Positions 29,001-37,949 of a DNA stretch of 59,057 nt are shown piece after piece. Numbering within the stretch: position 1 is the first letter of the stretch; every line of letters begins with the position of its first letter. The position numbers and the translations under genes were made by a program. Source of the DNA: a virus (Duplodnaviria; Caudoviricetes); the IMG/VR virus record IMGVR_UViG_3300037524_000403, positions 1 through 59,057 of that record; one strand, written 5' to 3'. Below the pieces are notes generated by a model that saw only the letters and a program-made list of their open reading frames with translations, was not told the origin of the DNA and searched no databases.

Positions 29001-29878
29001 ACGGCCTTTCGGCAGGCACTGGCGGGGTTACCAAGCTGATTGGCTGCACGAGTTGGGGGATGGTCACTGACCATGTTCGCGTCACTACGGGCCGCGCCAT
29101 TGTCTCTGGGTGTTCTTTTCGTAACGGGACATATGGCGTGATTGCCGAAAGCACAGCGGGGCCGGTTACAGTCATCGGGTGCGAATTTGATACGGTCACG
29201 ACTCCGACAAGCATTCATGCAACGCCGTTAGCCAATAGCCTTTTGTTTGGCAACACGCGTTTTGCTGGTTCGACCGACCCAACCACAAGGTTCAGATTAA
29301 CGTCTGGCGGGGTAATCGCATGGGACGGATCAGATGTTAGCATTACGCACAGCGCGAATCTTCTATCATTTTCCGGTGCAAGCGTTGGCTATATTTTTGA
29401 TTCTATGGTGCGAGCGGATAAAAGCGGTGATGTGCCGTTAATACGAACAAACCGCTTGGACGCTCACGGTGTCGCCGCAGTCGGTCGCCATGACTTTATT
29501 GGAAAAGATAGCGCATCTAATGATCATTCCTACGCTCAGATTGATGTTGTCTGCGATGACAACACAAACACGTCGGAGGACGGGCATATTCGATTTGCTG
29601 CGTCTCTTGCAGGCACTCTGACAAATGGCCTGTGGGTGTACGGTAACGGCGCTGTTGTCGCTCCAGAAGTGGCCACCCCTGCTGGGGGAACGACGGGGCG
29701 CGGTCTACGCTTTGGCACTACCGCCAACTTCGGTGTGTTCTTTGGCTCTGGCGCTCCGACCCTTTCGGCGGCGCAGGGATCTTTGTATCTCCGCTCGGAT
29801 GGGTCATCGACTTCCACACGCCTCTACGTCAACACGAACGGCTCAACGGGCTGGGCGAACTTCACGTCATCCTCTTAA
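26060..29878 (+). CDS. Tail fibre/tailspike (T7 gp17-like N-terminus, internal repeats, beta-helix C-part)
   Basis: YTGSGNTGPFSIPF anchor; repeated units ending LLDDxDxxxARTTLGL; MFGALGD...DDSEAF...GGGTL start of a pectin-lyase-like domain. Confidence 0.85.
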   Translation: MTVSSVNSTVTYTGSGNTGPFSIPFYFASTSELIVTKTSSAGIETTLASPGDYAASGAGSDTGAITLTTALPVGETLTISRMTTRTQTLDLVRSFIDPERMESALDRLARSGIDLWREVGRSLRLYEDDVSGSGAWDAENNKISRLTPGVASTDAATKGQVDSIAGSADAAAASAAAAAASAAAAAASAESIEDVISGSVASFEGRTGVVVSQAGDYTASEITNVPSGNLSAANVQAALNELQADIDGRQPLDAELTALAGLVSSANKLAYYTGSGTAALTDLTAFARNLLDDADAATARATLGLTIGTNVQGWDTDLDHYAANVSPFFKTLIDDVDAAAARTTLGLGTAATSAASSFQAADPTLAALASYNTNGILAQTAADTFVGRTITPGSGITISNGDGVAGNPSIAMDINGLLNRTSWGPGDKIPIYQAGVGIRKIDYADIPAGGGGLSAAYANVTDGTNSAAAVASDTLKFRVGTGLTVTVGNNDLTHGDNVLFSLDSKLSNLASVTGASDTLPYMTGASTWGTTALSGFARTLLDDTDSSAARTTLGLNIGVNVQAYDVELAALSGLTSAANKLPYFTGSGTAATTDLSPFARGLLDDTDVGTARTTLELTNALVFDTRALAIAATIPADVDSFRTLGYSAVGDGGGARYIRSASGPASTFGRWRFQSADGAWWRLDEPEPDVMMFGALGDATDGGTIGTDDSEAFSDGIEYLKTIYGGGTLRIHKRHIIDDSSIDIKSGVHLKGQQARPGLLENLTDSYDDTHSVIYINPAHNLTVRPTSSVSNLILIRKGLITPYANEAAAIADKANFSGTAILAVGQCRIENILALGFGRAVDTAVAGGRFDFVGVWFDCTHGIRIIGSGDITVCDRCHGIPFLTTNRGYAASTMVRTGIAFESNPTNDWGQYRNCFCIGWSTGFYTNGTGSGSYTFVNCGVDWYPGEPGAVVGFYVGAAVGESVFLGCQTIMPIAWHIENGLSAGTGGVTKLIGCTSWGMVTDHVRVTTGRAIVSGCSFRNGTYGVIAESTAGPVTVIGCEFDTVTTPTSIHATPLANSLLFGNTRFAGSTDPTTRFRLTSGGVIAWDGSDVSITHSANLLSFSGASVGYIFDSMVRADKSGDVPLIRTNRLDAHGVAAVGRHDFIGKDSASNDHSYAQIDVVCDDNTNTSEDGHIRFAASLAGTLTNGLWVYGNGAVVAPEVATPAGGTTGRGLRFGTTANFGVFFGSGAPTLSAAQGSLYLRSDGSSTSTRLYVNTNGSTGWANFTSSS

Positions 29879-29887
29879 GGCGATCAG

Positions 29888-30079
29888 ATGAAGGCAGATT
29901 CAGTTAAGCGCACTTACACAGTGCAACTAACCATCGATTATATGAAAGTAATTAGCGATGCTTTGGTGGAGTTGCCATTCAAAGTAGCGGCTCCTGTCCT
30001 TGAAGAACTCAATCGGCAAGTCTACGAGCAAAGTCGAGCTGTGGCCAATGCCGAAAAGGAAGAGGTTAGGAAAGAATGA
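29888..30079 (+). CDS. Small protein after the tail fibre (possible chaperone)
   Basis: ALVELPFKVAAPVLEEL; position. Confidence 0.55.
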   Translation: MKADSVKRTYTVQLTIDYMKVISDALVELPFKVAAPVLEELNRQVYEQSRAVANAEKEEVRKE

Positions 30080-31167
30080 AACCCATCACGATGCGGCAAG
30101 CCCATGCCGTTTTACGAGATATGGGCTTTTACAATATGGCTGAGTCCTACGCAGAGCGGGATGAAAAGCTTATGGCCAAGTGGAAAAAACCAGGCACCAT
30201 CGTCAAGCGGGACGATGAGGATCTGGAGAGGTTGCGAAGGTATTTTGGTATCACGCCAGCGAACATAGACCTTCTGTTCAAGAAGGCATCAGAGAAACCA
30301 GGAGGCCCGCCCAGTGCGGGCCTTATTATTTCGGAGAAGGACATGGGTGATTCGGTAGAGCCTACCCCTAAATGGCTGACGCTTGCTCGGAGCTACCTTG
30401 GGACCAAGGAAGTTCCCGGCTTGGGAGCCTCTAAATCAAATCCAAAGATCAATGACTTTTTCAAGGATGCTGGCTTCCCTGGCATCTATGACGACACGAG
30501 CTGGTGTGCGGCCTTTGTCTCAGCAGTGATGAAGCGCTCGGGCTATCCCGTTCTGGCAGACCTGACTGCTCGTTCTGCCCGCCACTACGGCGTGCGACTG
30601 AAGAAGCCCAAGATCGGGTGCATCGTTGTCTTCTGGCGGGAGTCCCCCAATTCCTGGAAAGGCCACGTTGGCTTTGTCACTGGCATCAATCACGCCACGA
30701 AGACCTTGAAGGTTCTTGGTGGCAACCAGTCGGATGCGGTGACAGAATCCACGTACCCCATGAGCCGTGTGCTGGATTACCGTTGGCCGGTAGCTCCCAC
30801 GATTAAGGCCCTCAAGAAATCAGGCTCAAGCGAAGCTAAGAAGTCCGAGGTAGCTAAGACAGTGGGCGTTGGCGTGACGGTTGTTGGCGTTGCCAATGAG
30901 GTAGCCAAGGACCCGTCCATCCTTCCTGAAATTGGATTGACTGAGATTGATGCAGTCAAGGCGATCGTGGATCGCTTGGCTGATTGGTTTCAGGTCCTTT
31001 CAACCAACAACGGCGTGCTCTTGATCGTTGTCGGTGTGGTGACTTGGTACATCGCGACAGAGTGGCAAAAGAACCGCATTGAGCGCGCCAAGCGCGGCTT
31101 CCCCATTTTGGAGGAAGACATCAAGGCGGACAAAGTTCTGATTGAGGAGCTTCATTCCGATGTTTGA
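30076..31167 (+). CDS. Endolysin, TIGR02594/NlpC-P60-like peptidase with C-terminal hydrophobic segments (internal start 30343 likely)
   Basis: WCAAFV, GHVGFV and VLGGNQSDAV motifs. Confidence 0.82.
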   Translation: MKPITMRQAHAVLRDMGFYNMAESYAERDEKLMAKWKKPGTIVKRDDEDLERLRRYFGITPANIDLLFKKASEKPGGPPSAGLIISEKDMGDSVEPTPKWLTLARSYLGTKEVPGLGASKSNPKINDFFKDAGFPGIYDDTSWCAAFVSAVMKRSGYPVLADLTARSARHYGVRLKKPKIGCIVVFWRESPNSWKGHVGFVTGINHATKTLKVLGGNQSDAVTESTYPMSRVLDYRWPVAPTIKALKKSGSSEAKKSEVAKTVGVGVTVVGVANEVAKDPSILPEIGLTEIDAVKAIVDRLADWFQVLSTNNGVLLIVVGVVTWYIATEWQKNRIERAKRGFPILEEDIKADKVLIEELHSDV

Positions 31168-31714
31168 ATGGCTAAAACAAATCTTGGGGAATTGGGGGCT
31201 GGCAAAGGATGCCATGACCAACCCCGGTGAGACGGGCGGGGAGGTTGCTCAATCAATTATTGAGCGACTGAACCCCGCCCTGCAAAGGATCGTGGTTCTC
31301 ATCCTGATTATCATCGCCCTGGTTATGGGTGCCAACATCGGGATTGATTACGAGCGCTCGCAGATGACCATCCAGGCCACGCCTCCGGCCAAGGAGTCGA
31401 GCGTAAACCCTAACCCGCCTCCGGCAGAAAACATCAAGGCAGTAGAGGTCTGGACCCCAGCCCTTGAACCCATCCTCCTGCCGGAGGCTAAGACACCCGT
31501 AAATTTTACTAAGCCCAGGCAGGCTGCCAAGCCTAGCCTGGGCGCTACACAGAAGGCCGTACAGACTAGGAAACGTCCGTCCGGTATAAGGCACTCACAA
31601 AAACTAAATCGGCCTGTACGCTCGTATACGGCACGGGAAAAGCTAAACCACTACAAGGTGTGGCAAGGACTACCTAAGCGTGAAATGACGACAAGTGGAC
31701 CGGGGGGATACTGA
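31160..31714 (+). CDS. Membrane protein in lysis region
   Basis: GAGGAG RBS; TM segment IVVLILIIIALVMGA; Pro-rich tail. Confidence 0.6.
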   Translation: MFEWLKQILGNWGLAKDAMTNPGETGGEVAQSIIERLNPALQRIVVLILIIIALVMGANIGIDYERSQMTIQATPPAKESSVNPNPPPAENIKAVEVWTPALEPILLPEAKTPVNFTKPRQAAKPSLGATQKAVQTRKRPSGIRHSQKLNRPVRSYTAREKLNHYKVWQGLPKREMTTSGPGGY

Positions 31715-32103
31715 TGGTTGAGAAGTTGCAGTCCGTACTCAGTCAGGGCGTTCCGCTTGTGAACGCCATTCTGGTCGCGGTGTGGCTTGTCGGAACATCC
31801 ATCACGCTGACCCTCCAATGGTCCACGGTTAAGAGCAGCATCGCTGCCTTGTCTGCCGAGTTGGTTGTGAGGGACGAGCGCCTAATGACCCGGCTCCAGT
31901 TTTTGGAGCGGGACACAATGGCAAAGAACCTGACTCGTTGGTCCCGCGATAATCACGAATTGTGGTGCGCCAAGACAGAGCAGGCGAATCCAAATTGGAA
32001 ATGCGGCGCTATCCCAGAAATCCCCAGAGAATATCCAAAATCAGGCTCGCTTGAATGGTGGGGAGAAAGTAGAAAAGCGCCAGTCAGCCAAGACGGAGAA
32101 TAG
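31714..32103 (+). CDS. Membrane-anchored coiled-coil protein in lysis region
   Basis: N-terminal TM segment; TGATG coupling. Confidence 0.6.
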   Translation: MVEKLQSVLSQGVPLVNAILVAVWLVGTSITLTLQWSTVKSSIAALSAELVVRDERLMTRLQFLERDTMAKNLTRWSRDNHELWCAKTEQANPNWKCGAIPEIPREYPKSGSLEWWGESRKAPVSQDGE

Positions 32104-32105
32104 GA

Positions 32106-33071
32106 TTGGTAGGGAAGACCGGTCTATCCGATAATGAGTTCATCCAACTTTGGAATGAATTTGGATCTGCCACGAAACTCGCAAAACATTTAGACCTTAA
32201 TGTCAGGGGAGTTTTTCAGCGGCGGAGGAACATAGAGAAGAAAAAGGAACTGCACCTCAAGGCAGACACGCTATGGGGAGGGCAGGTCAAAAAGATCAAT
32301 TACCGGCAGATCGTAGAGAATGTGGTTGGGCCGGTAGTTATATTCTCAGATATGCACGCATGGCCGGGGGATCGTTCCCCGGCCTTTTTTGCGTTGTTAG
32401 AGGTCATTAAGAAGATCAAGCCCAAGCTGATCATAAACAACGGGGATGCCTTTGATGGGGCTACCATCTCCCGCCATCCCCCAGCGGGCTACCTGGATCT
32501 TCCGTCAGTCGAGCAGGAGCTATCCTACTGCCAGGAACTCTTGAAGCAGGTTGAAAACGCAGCCCCTAAGGGCACCCCTCTTTTGTGGTGCGCTGGGAAT
32601 CATGACAACAGGTTCACGGCCAGGCTTGCCCAGATGGCTCCTGAGTTTGCCAAGATTAAGGGCGTAGACTTGAGGGACCACTTTCCAAAGTGGACGTGGG
32701 GGTGGAGTGCGTGTCTAAACCCTGGGACAAGAGGAGAGACTTGGGTTAAACATCGCTGGCATAATGGTCAGCACGCAAGCTTCAATAATGTTCTTAAGAG
32801 TGGCGTTAATATAGTTACGGGCCACACCCATCAATTAAAGGCAACGCCTTTCACTGACTACAAGGGGCGCAGGTGGGGCGTAGAATGTGGCAGTTTGTCC
32901 CCGGTTGGGTTGGAAGCAGGCCACAAGTTTTCTTACGCTGAGGACTCTCCAAGCAATTCTTGCCAAGGATTTGTTGTGCTACATTACACCGATGACGGCA
33001 AACTGCTGCCACCTGAATTGGTCGAGACTATAGATGGCTCTGTTTATTGGAGAGGCGCAAAGATTTTTTAG
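32106..33071 (+). CDS. Calcineurin-like metallophosphoesterase with N-terminal HTH
   Basis: SDMH, NGDAFD, GNHD and GHTH motifs. Confidence 0.85.
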   Translation: MVGKTGLSDNEFIQLWNEFGSATKLAKHLDLNVRGVFQRRRNIEKKKELHLKADTLWGGQVKKINYRQIVENVVGPVVIFSDMHAWPGDRSPAFFALLEVIKKIKPKLIINNGDAFDGATISRHPPAGYLDLPSVEQELSYCQELLKQVENAAPKGTPLLWCAGNHDNRFTARLAQMAPEFAKIKGVDLRDHFPKWTWGWSACLNPGTRGETWVKHRWHNGQHASFNNVLKSGVNIVTGHTHQLKATPFTDYKGRRWGVECGSLSPVGLEAGHKFSYAEDSPSNSCQGFVVLHYTDDGKLLPPELVETIDGSVYWRGAKIF

Positions 33072-33347
33072 CCGCTCGTTGGCGGCGGCGTTTTTCTCGT
33101 TCGCACAACCTAGGCTCGAAAGTAATCTTAGCCCAGAATCTATCGAGAAAGTCGCGGTCAAACATGGAAGAGAAAGTAGCTGAGAGTTACCTAAGAAGCA
33201 AATGTTGTGGCACTTGCTCCTACTGGTCCAAGCTCACCACGTTTGAGGGCGTCTGTACGTCGAGCGAGTGTCTGAGTGGAATGCTTGACGTGACGGAGAT
33301 CCGCTACTGCTGCGCTGGGTATGAGCCAAGGGCGGAGTAAGCGGGGG

Positions 33348-33560
33348 TTATCCTTCCACTGTTTCAACGCGGTTATTCCAGCGCGCGACATTGCCGGACT
33401 GCCACCCAAACCCGACGCCGCATGACGTGCAACGGATCGTGAAGCACTCCATGTTCGCAGGCTTGGACAGGCTTAGCCAATCGCGGTTCGCCACGGCTTC
33501 GCCGCCACAAAATGGGCAGGGCCGCAAGTTCAAACCCGGCACTTTTTCGCGTTCCGCCAT
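33348..33560 (-). CDS. Lar-like restriction-alleviation zinc-finger protein
   Basis: LRPCPFCGGEA...IRCTSCG...ARWNNR pattern. Confidence 0.7.
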   Translation of the reverse strand: MAEREKVPGLNLRPCPFCGGEAVANRDWLSLSKPANMECFTIRCTSCGVGFGWQSGNVARWNNRVETVEG

Positions 33561-33674
33561 CGGGGGGCTCTCTTCCAAATTAGGTGGCCGTCTCTCCGGC
33601 CTGTCACGCCTTTTGCGGTCCGCATCAGGAAGCTCGACGTTCAACGCTCCTGTGTATTGTTTAGCACCTTGCGA

Positions 33675-33704
33675 TTGACAAATCAACCGGGCCAACCCTA
33701 CATT
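33675..33704 (+). promoter_or_regulatory. Sigma70-type promoter; probable leaderless transcript
   Basis: TTGACA-N18-TACATT; ATG at 33712 lies 7 nt downstream with no SD. Confidence 0.55.
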
Positions 33705-33711
33705 TCCACAA

Positions 33712-34281
33712 ATGACGGTGGACAAGACAAAAACAGCATGGCTCTACCCCGGCGACAATCGGCACAAGGCCGAGTTTCGGGCGGCTGGTGCGCAGCATTT
33801 TATTGAGATCGGCGGCAAACACGAGACATGGCGGGACGCCGTGCGCTTGGTTCGCCCCGGCGATACGGTGTTCATATGGGTTCTGGTTCGCGTCCCCACG
33901 AGAAAGGGGCAAGACGAGCTACCGCCAGTCGCTCAGGTTCGGGAGGTTATTCGAGAAATCCACGACCGGGGCGGCGTGTTGATAGAGGTCTACACGGGGC
34001 GCAGAAGCAGCAAAGCAACGGATAAATCTGCTATGATTGCTGATGCGCAGCGGAGCCTCAAAACGGCGGGGCGGCGGTTGCTTCCTCCCGGTCACGCATC
34101 GCCGGGACGCAGGGAGCGCAAGTTCACTGCCGAGGAATGGGCTTTAGCGGAAACCATCTGGCGGGACGTGCATAAGTTCCCGTCTTGGGAGTTTGTGCAG
34201 CAGCATTTGCCGGAAGGGTTCACGACAGCACGGGCATTCAGGAAGTGGGGAGCGCGCGGCGCTGCCCCTAGGAAGCGATAG
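33712..34281 (+). CDS. Divergent serine resolvase-like protein lacking the catalytic YxRVS motif
   Basis: VRPGDTVFIWVLVRV resembles LRxGDTLVVWxLDRL; GR linker and C-terminal HTH-like region. Confidence 0.55.
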   Translation: MTVDKTKTAWLYPGDNRHKAEFRAAGAQHFIEIGGKHETWRDAVRLVRPGDTVFIWVLVRVPTRKGQDELPPVAQVREVIREIHDRGGVLIEVYTGRRSSKATDKSAMIADAQRSLKTAGRRLLPPGHASPGRRERKFTAEEWALAETIWRDVHKFPSWEFVQQHLPEGFTTARAFRKWGARGAAPRKR

Positions 34282-34290
34282 GAGCGAACA

Positions 34291-34554
34291 ATGAGCACTT
34301 GCCCCGACTGTGGCCGCAAGAACGTGCAACACCCCGAAGGGCGCATAATGCGCTGTGGCCGCCGCGCGGTTGCTTTCGATGTCTCGGATGATTGGAAGGT
34401 TCGCATGTCAGAACAAGAGCTCTGCAAGAAAGCAGCCGAGCGGCGCGGATATACAGCCGAGCAATGGTCGATAGATGACGAGGCGGATCAAAACGGATGC
34501 AGGACATATAAAGACTTGGACGGCACCATTCACATAAAACCAAGTAAGACATAG
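34291..34554 (+). CDS. Hypothetical protein
   Basis: AGGAG RBS; CPDCG motif. Confidence 0.55.
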   Translation: MSTCPDCGRKNVQHPEGRIMRCGRRAVAFDVSDDWKVRMSEQELCKKAAERRGYTAEQWSIDDEADQNGCRTYKDLDGTIHIKPSKT

Positions 34555-34563
34555 GAGAGACAG

Positions 34564-34773
34564 ATGGACGACATCACAGCGCAGAAGATCAAGCGAATTT
34601 ACGGCCTGCTTTGGAACGCCAAGACAGATAGATCTACGTTTTCAGGCGTGGCCGTGTCTGAGGCGCGCAAGATCGCCTTGTCTATGATCGACAAGGACGG
34701 ACAAGCTGACGGCATCCAATGGGCCAACCACGAAATTCCCAAGATGCTGGATGCCGTCACGATGTCAGAATAA
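34564..34773 (+). CDS. Hypothetical protein
   Basis: AGGAGA RBS. Confidence 0.55.
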   Translation: MDDITAQKIKRIYGLLWNAKTDRSTFSGVAVSEARKIALSMIDKDGQADGIQWANHEIPKMLDAVTMSE

Positions 34774-34785
34774 GGAGGGGGGGGC

Positions 34786-34980
34786 ATGTTGCGACCCATA
34801 AACACGGCGGAAGCTATCGCACTTGCTGGAGATCTCGCTGGCCTGACGGACCCCTCTGATCCAGAGGCGGTGCGAGTGCTGCGATTAGCAGTCCACTACC
34901 GCGAACGCATCGCAGAGTGGGAAAGATGGTTTGATGCGTTGGAGCGGTTTGAAGGTCCAGAACCGCCTGCGCGGCTGTAA
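34786..34980 (+). CDS. Hypothetical protein
   Basis: AGGAGG RBS. Confidence 0.5.
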   Translation: MLRPINTAEAIALAGDLAGLTDPSDPEAVRVLRLAVHYRERIAEWERWFDALERFEGPEPPARL

Positions 34981-34995
34981 GAAATAGGAGGGGCT

Positions 34996-35385
34996 ATGAA
35001 GATCGAAACGGACGAGGACCACAAGGCTGCCTTGGCCCGCATCGACGCGCTCATGAGCGCGGAAGCCGGAACGCCAGAAGCGGATGAATTGAGCACACTG
35101 GCCGACGCAGTGCAGTTATACGAAGAGGTGCGCTTTCCGATTGCCCCGCCGACAGCCGAGGTGATTGCGTTTCCAGGCATCACGACGCTCGACATGCCGC
35201 CAGAAAAAGTTTTGTCGGCTGCAATCGCGCATGACTTAGAGACTGTTGTGATTGTCGGCAAGGCGAAAGACGGCACGCCATATTACGCAGGATCAACGTC
35301 AGACATGCACGCCGTCCTATACATGATTGAAGTGTTCAAGCGCGACGTTGTGCTGGAAACCGAAACCAACGGCAAGGCCGTGTAG
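34996..35385 (+). CDS. HigA-antitoxin-like N-terminal region fused to a phage domain
   Basis: IETDEDHKAALARIDALMSAEAGTPEADELSTLADAVQLYEEVRFPI; AGGAGG RBS. Confidence 0.6.
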   Translation: MKIETDEDHKAALARIDALMSAEAGTPEADELSTLADAVQLYEEVRFPIAPPTAEVIAFPGITTLDMPPEKVLSAAIAHDLETVVIVGKAKDGTPYYAGSTSDMHAVLYMIEVFKRDVVLETETNGKAV

Positions 35386-35401
35386 TAAATTGGAGGCAGA
35401 G

Positions 35402-35635
35402 ATGATCTATCAAAACGTGATGCGATACTCCCCCAATGAGCGAGTTTTTCGTGTTGGGCGATTGGTGTGGGACACCGGCAATGTCGGAGATGGAAAAGGC
35501 TACTCTACTAAGCTGTCATTGGCTCTGACGCCCACGCTGTTCCGGTGGTATCGCGAGCCGGGTCATGTGTGGACCCTAGTGCTATTTGGCATCAGGGTTC
35601 AGCGGACTACCGCCTGGGGCGGTCGGTATGCTTAA
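35402..35635 (+). CDS. Hypothetical protein
   Basis: GGAGG RBS before ATG 35402. Confidence 0.5.
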   Translation: MIYQNVMRYSPNERVFRVGRLVWDTGNVGDGKGYSTKLSLALTPTLFRWYREPGHVWTLVLFGIRVQRTTAWGGRYA

Positions 35636-35818
35636 GGTTGAAAGCCAAAGAGCCGAGCGACAGTGCCGCGCGATGATGTTGTTTCACCGTCAGGTTCGCG
35701 TCTGCTACTGGCGACGACTTCGCAGCCGATACGCGCCAAGGCTACCGCATCACAAGAAGGTCTGGCGGCGCGTGGTCGATGCGCCGCACGTTCGCAAATT
35801 TGCGTAAGAGATAGGAGG

Positions 35819-36085
35819 CTACCTAGCCACCCTTACCTCACCCATGACCAAGGCTCTATAGGCTGTCATCATAGCAATCCTCAGGCTCCTAAAGGTCTTG
35901 GGCAGGATCTGGCCATTGACCTTGGCCCAGTAAAGCTGCTTGCCCTCGTACCTTCCCACCAGCAGCCTATCCTCAGCTCCCCGCCAGACATACCGATGCC
36001 CATCGCTGGTAATCCAGCAGCGCCACTCTACGTTGCCGGTCCTAAACGGCGGAGCCTCGCTTGGTCTAGATTTGTGTCCGCTCAC
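35819..36085 (-). CDS. Hypothetical protein
   Basis: ORF at the end of the leftward operon. Confidence 0.45.
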   Translation of the reverse strand: MSGHKSRPSEAPPFRTGNVEWRCWITSDGHRYVWRGAEDRLLVGRYEGKQLYWAKVNGQILPKTFRSLRIAMMTAYRALVMGEVRVAR

Positions 36086-36214
36086 CTAGTTAGTTCCGCT
36101 CTCGTTCCTGCGCTGTTCATGCATCTCAGCGTTACCTTGTTCGACAAGCAACCAAGGCTATACTGCCCTGATTGCTATAGGTTTTCTGTTTGAGGTAAGT
36201 CACAGGGCGCAAGT

Positions 36215-36247
36215 GTTATACTCGCCTTCCTGGGGCGCGAGTATAAC
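36215..36247. repeat. Perfect 11-bp inverted repeat downstream of the integrase/HNH genes (candidate att or terminator element)
   Basis: GTTATACTCGC-N11-GCGAGTATAAC. Confidence 0.55.
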
Positions 36248-36274
36248 TACTAAGCCGCTGACTTGTCTTGCTTA

Positions 36275-36766
36275 TTATCTACAGTTTCTGGATTTGGTAG
36301 ATATTTGGTCAAGTCTCTTCCTGTATTTCTTCACTGGAGCATCGACAGCCATGCCCATTTTGATCCTGTGATACATTAGGGCTTTGCGCCTATGGCAGAC
36401 ACGGCACCTTCTCTCTCCACTGCTCATGGTGAGCAGGTTTTCCTCGTTTAGTTCGTGCCCTTCGCGGCAATGGGTGTGGAGCTTTTTCATCGAACCCCTC
36501 TCCTTTGCCTGCCTCATGTTCTCAGCATGAGTGCCAACTTGCAGGTGTTGGGGATTGCAGCACGACCTGTTGTGGCAGGTGTGCATTACCTCAAGCCCTC
36601 TCATTATTGGCCCAACAAACAACTGATATGAAAGCCTGTGGGCAAAATGCTTCACGCTTTTGACTGACAAGGTTCCATATCCAGAATCTGTAATACGCCC
36701 TGTCCACAACCAACATCCGCTGATCGGCTCTGGGCTCACCCTTGAAAAGAAGTCTTCTTTACGCAT
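36275..36766 (-). CDS. HNH endonuclease
   Basis: GCWLWTG, AHRLSY and MHTCHNRSCCNPQHLQVGTHAEN motifs. Confidence 0.88.
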   Translation of the reverse strand: MRKEDFFSRVSPEPISGCWLWTGRITDSGYGTLSVKSVKHFAHRLSYQLFVGPIMRGLEVMHTCHNRSCCNPQHLQVGTHAENMRQAKERGSMKKLHTHCREGHELNEENLLTMSSGERRCRVCHRRKALMYHRIKMGMAVDAPVKKYRKRLDQISTKSRNCR

Positions 36767-37782
36767 GTACCTTTCCCTGCGTTCAGCTTGGCGCTGGCCA
36801 CGATGTCGTCCACATGGGACTTCTCCAAGTGCCCGTATCTCTCATTCAGAACATCAATATCCTTCCAGCCGCCGCCCTCCTGTACGTCCTTCAAGCGAGC
36901 GCCTGAGAGGAGGAGGCGGGTAGCAAAGGCATGGCGACCGATCTTGTGGGTGGAGTAGTAAGTCAGTCCGTTGTTCTTACAAAGGGTGCGGAGATACTGG
37001 TTGATGTTCATTGCAGGCTCGGGGACCTGAAGCTTGGCGAACACAGGGTCAGAGCGATCGCCAAACTGGCACTCCGCGAACAAGTCCAGCATTGCCTCCC
37101 GCACCTCAGGGTGCATCCGTACGGAGTGAGGCTTGCCGTTCTTGGTCTTGATGAAGGTGATGACATTCTCAGACCAGGAGATGTGCCCCCACCTCAACCT
37201 CTTCAGATCGGATGGCCTAATCCCGTGGAAGGTCAGGATCAGAATCACGGCCTGTAGCCAGATAGGCATGGGGCAATCCAAGAGAGCTTGGATGTGATCC
37301 TCTGGAGCTGCCTGGACCTGCTTAGGATCTACCTTGGGCTTCTTGAGAGTCACCCTTGGACAGAGGTTATTATCCGCTGCAAGGTTTAGGATGGCTGCCA
37401 TTGGGCCATAGATCGCCCGCTTGAGCGTCCCGGTAGATACCTTACCAGGGCACCGGATCTTCTCGTACTTGATCACCGCGTCTTGGGTGATGTCACCGCA
37501 GCGCCATTCCCCCCAGTAGGTAAGGAGCCGCTGGATGTAATAGGCCTGCTTGGGCTTGGGGTCCTTGCGGCGGCAGTAAAACTCAACCGCCTCTGCAAAG
37601 GTAAAGGTAGAGGCAGTGCCGTGGATGGCCCTGTCCTGTATCTTCTGCGTTACCTTTATTAGCAGGGCTTCTGCCGTGCGGCGGTCAGAAGTTCTTGTGC
37701 TCTCGCGCACGCGCTCTCCGAGGAGCGTACCAACGAGCCAATACGTGCGACTCTTCCCGCGCGTCTTAAGTTTGATCGACAC
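36736..37782 (-). CDS. int: Tyrosine recombinase (integrase)
   Basis: Catalytic set GIRPSD, KTKNG, HKIGRHAFAT, GW and RYGH. Confidence 0.9.
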   Translation of the reverse strand: MSIKLKTRGKSRTYWLVGTLLGERVRESTRTSDRRTAEALLIKVTQKIQDRAIHGTASTFTFAEAVEFYCRRKDPKPKQAYYIQRLLTYWGEWRCGDITQDAVIKYEKIRCPGKVSTGTLKRAIYGPMAAILNLAADNNLCPRVTLKKPKVDPKQVQAAPEDHIQALLDCPMPIWLQAVILILTFHGIRPSDLKRLRWGHISWSENVITFIKTKNGKPHSVRMHPEVREAMLDLFAECQFGDRSDPVFAKLQVPEPAMNINQYLRTLCKNNGLTYYSTHKIGRHAFATRLLLSGARLKDVQEGGGWKDIDVLNERYGHLEKSHVDDIVASAKLNAGKGTCVKKTSFQG

Positions 37783-37949
37783 CGGAATGCCTCCTCTATG
37801 ACTGTATCCACCTGATCCTCAGCAATGAAGATCTGACGCCTATGGATGTAACACAGTCCAGAGGAGGTAACAACCCGTGACAAGGTACGCCGTGAAATTT
37901 TAATGGGGAGGGCTTGGCGCACCTCCTCCAGCGAAAGATACCGCTTCAT
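37659..37949 (-). CDS. Excisionase-like HTH protein
   Basis: YLSLEEVRQAL..ISRRTL; overlaps the int start. Confidence 0.55.
   Translation of the reverse strand: MKRYLSLEEVRQALPIKISRRTLSRVVTSSGLCYIHRRQIFIAEDQVDTVIEEAFRCRSNLRRAGRVARIGSLVRSSESACARAQELLTAARQKPC

Noticed and set aside
26060-30079. Diversity-generating retroelement, given the BPP-1-like virion genes
   Set aside because: No reverse transcriptase ORF and no template/variable repeat pair were seen.
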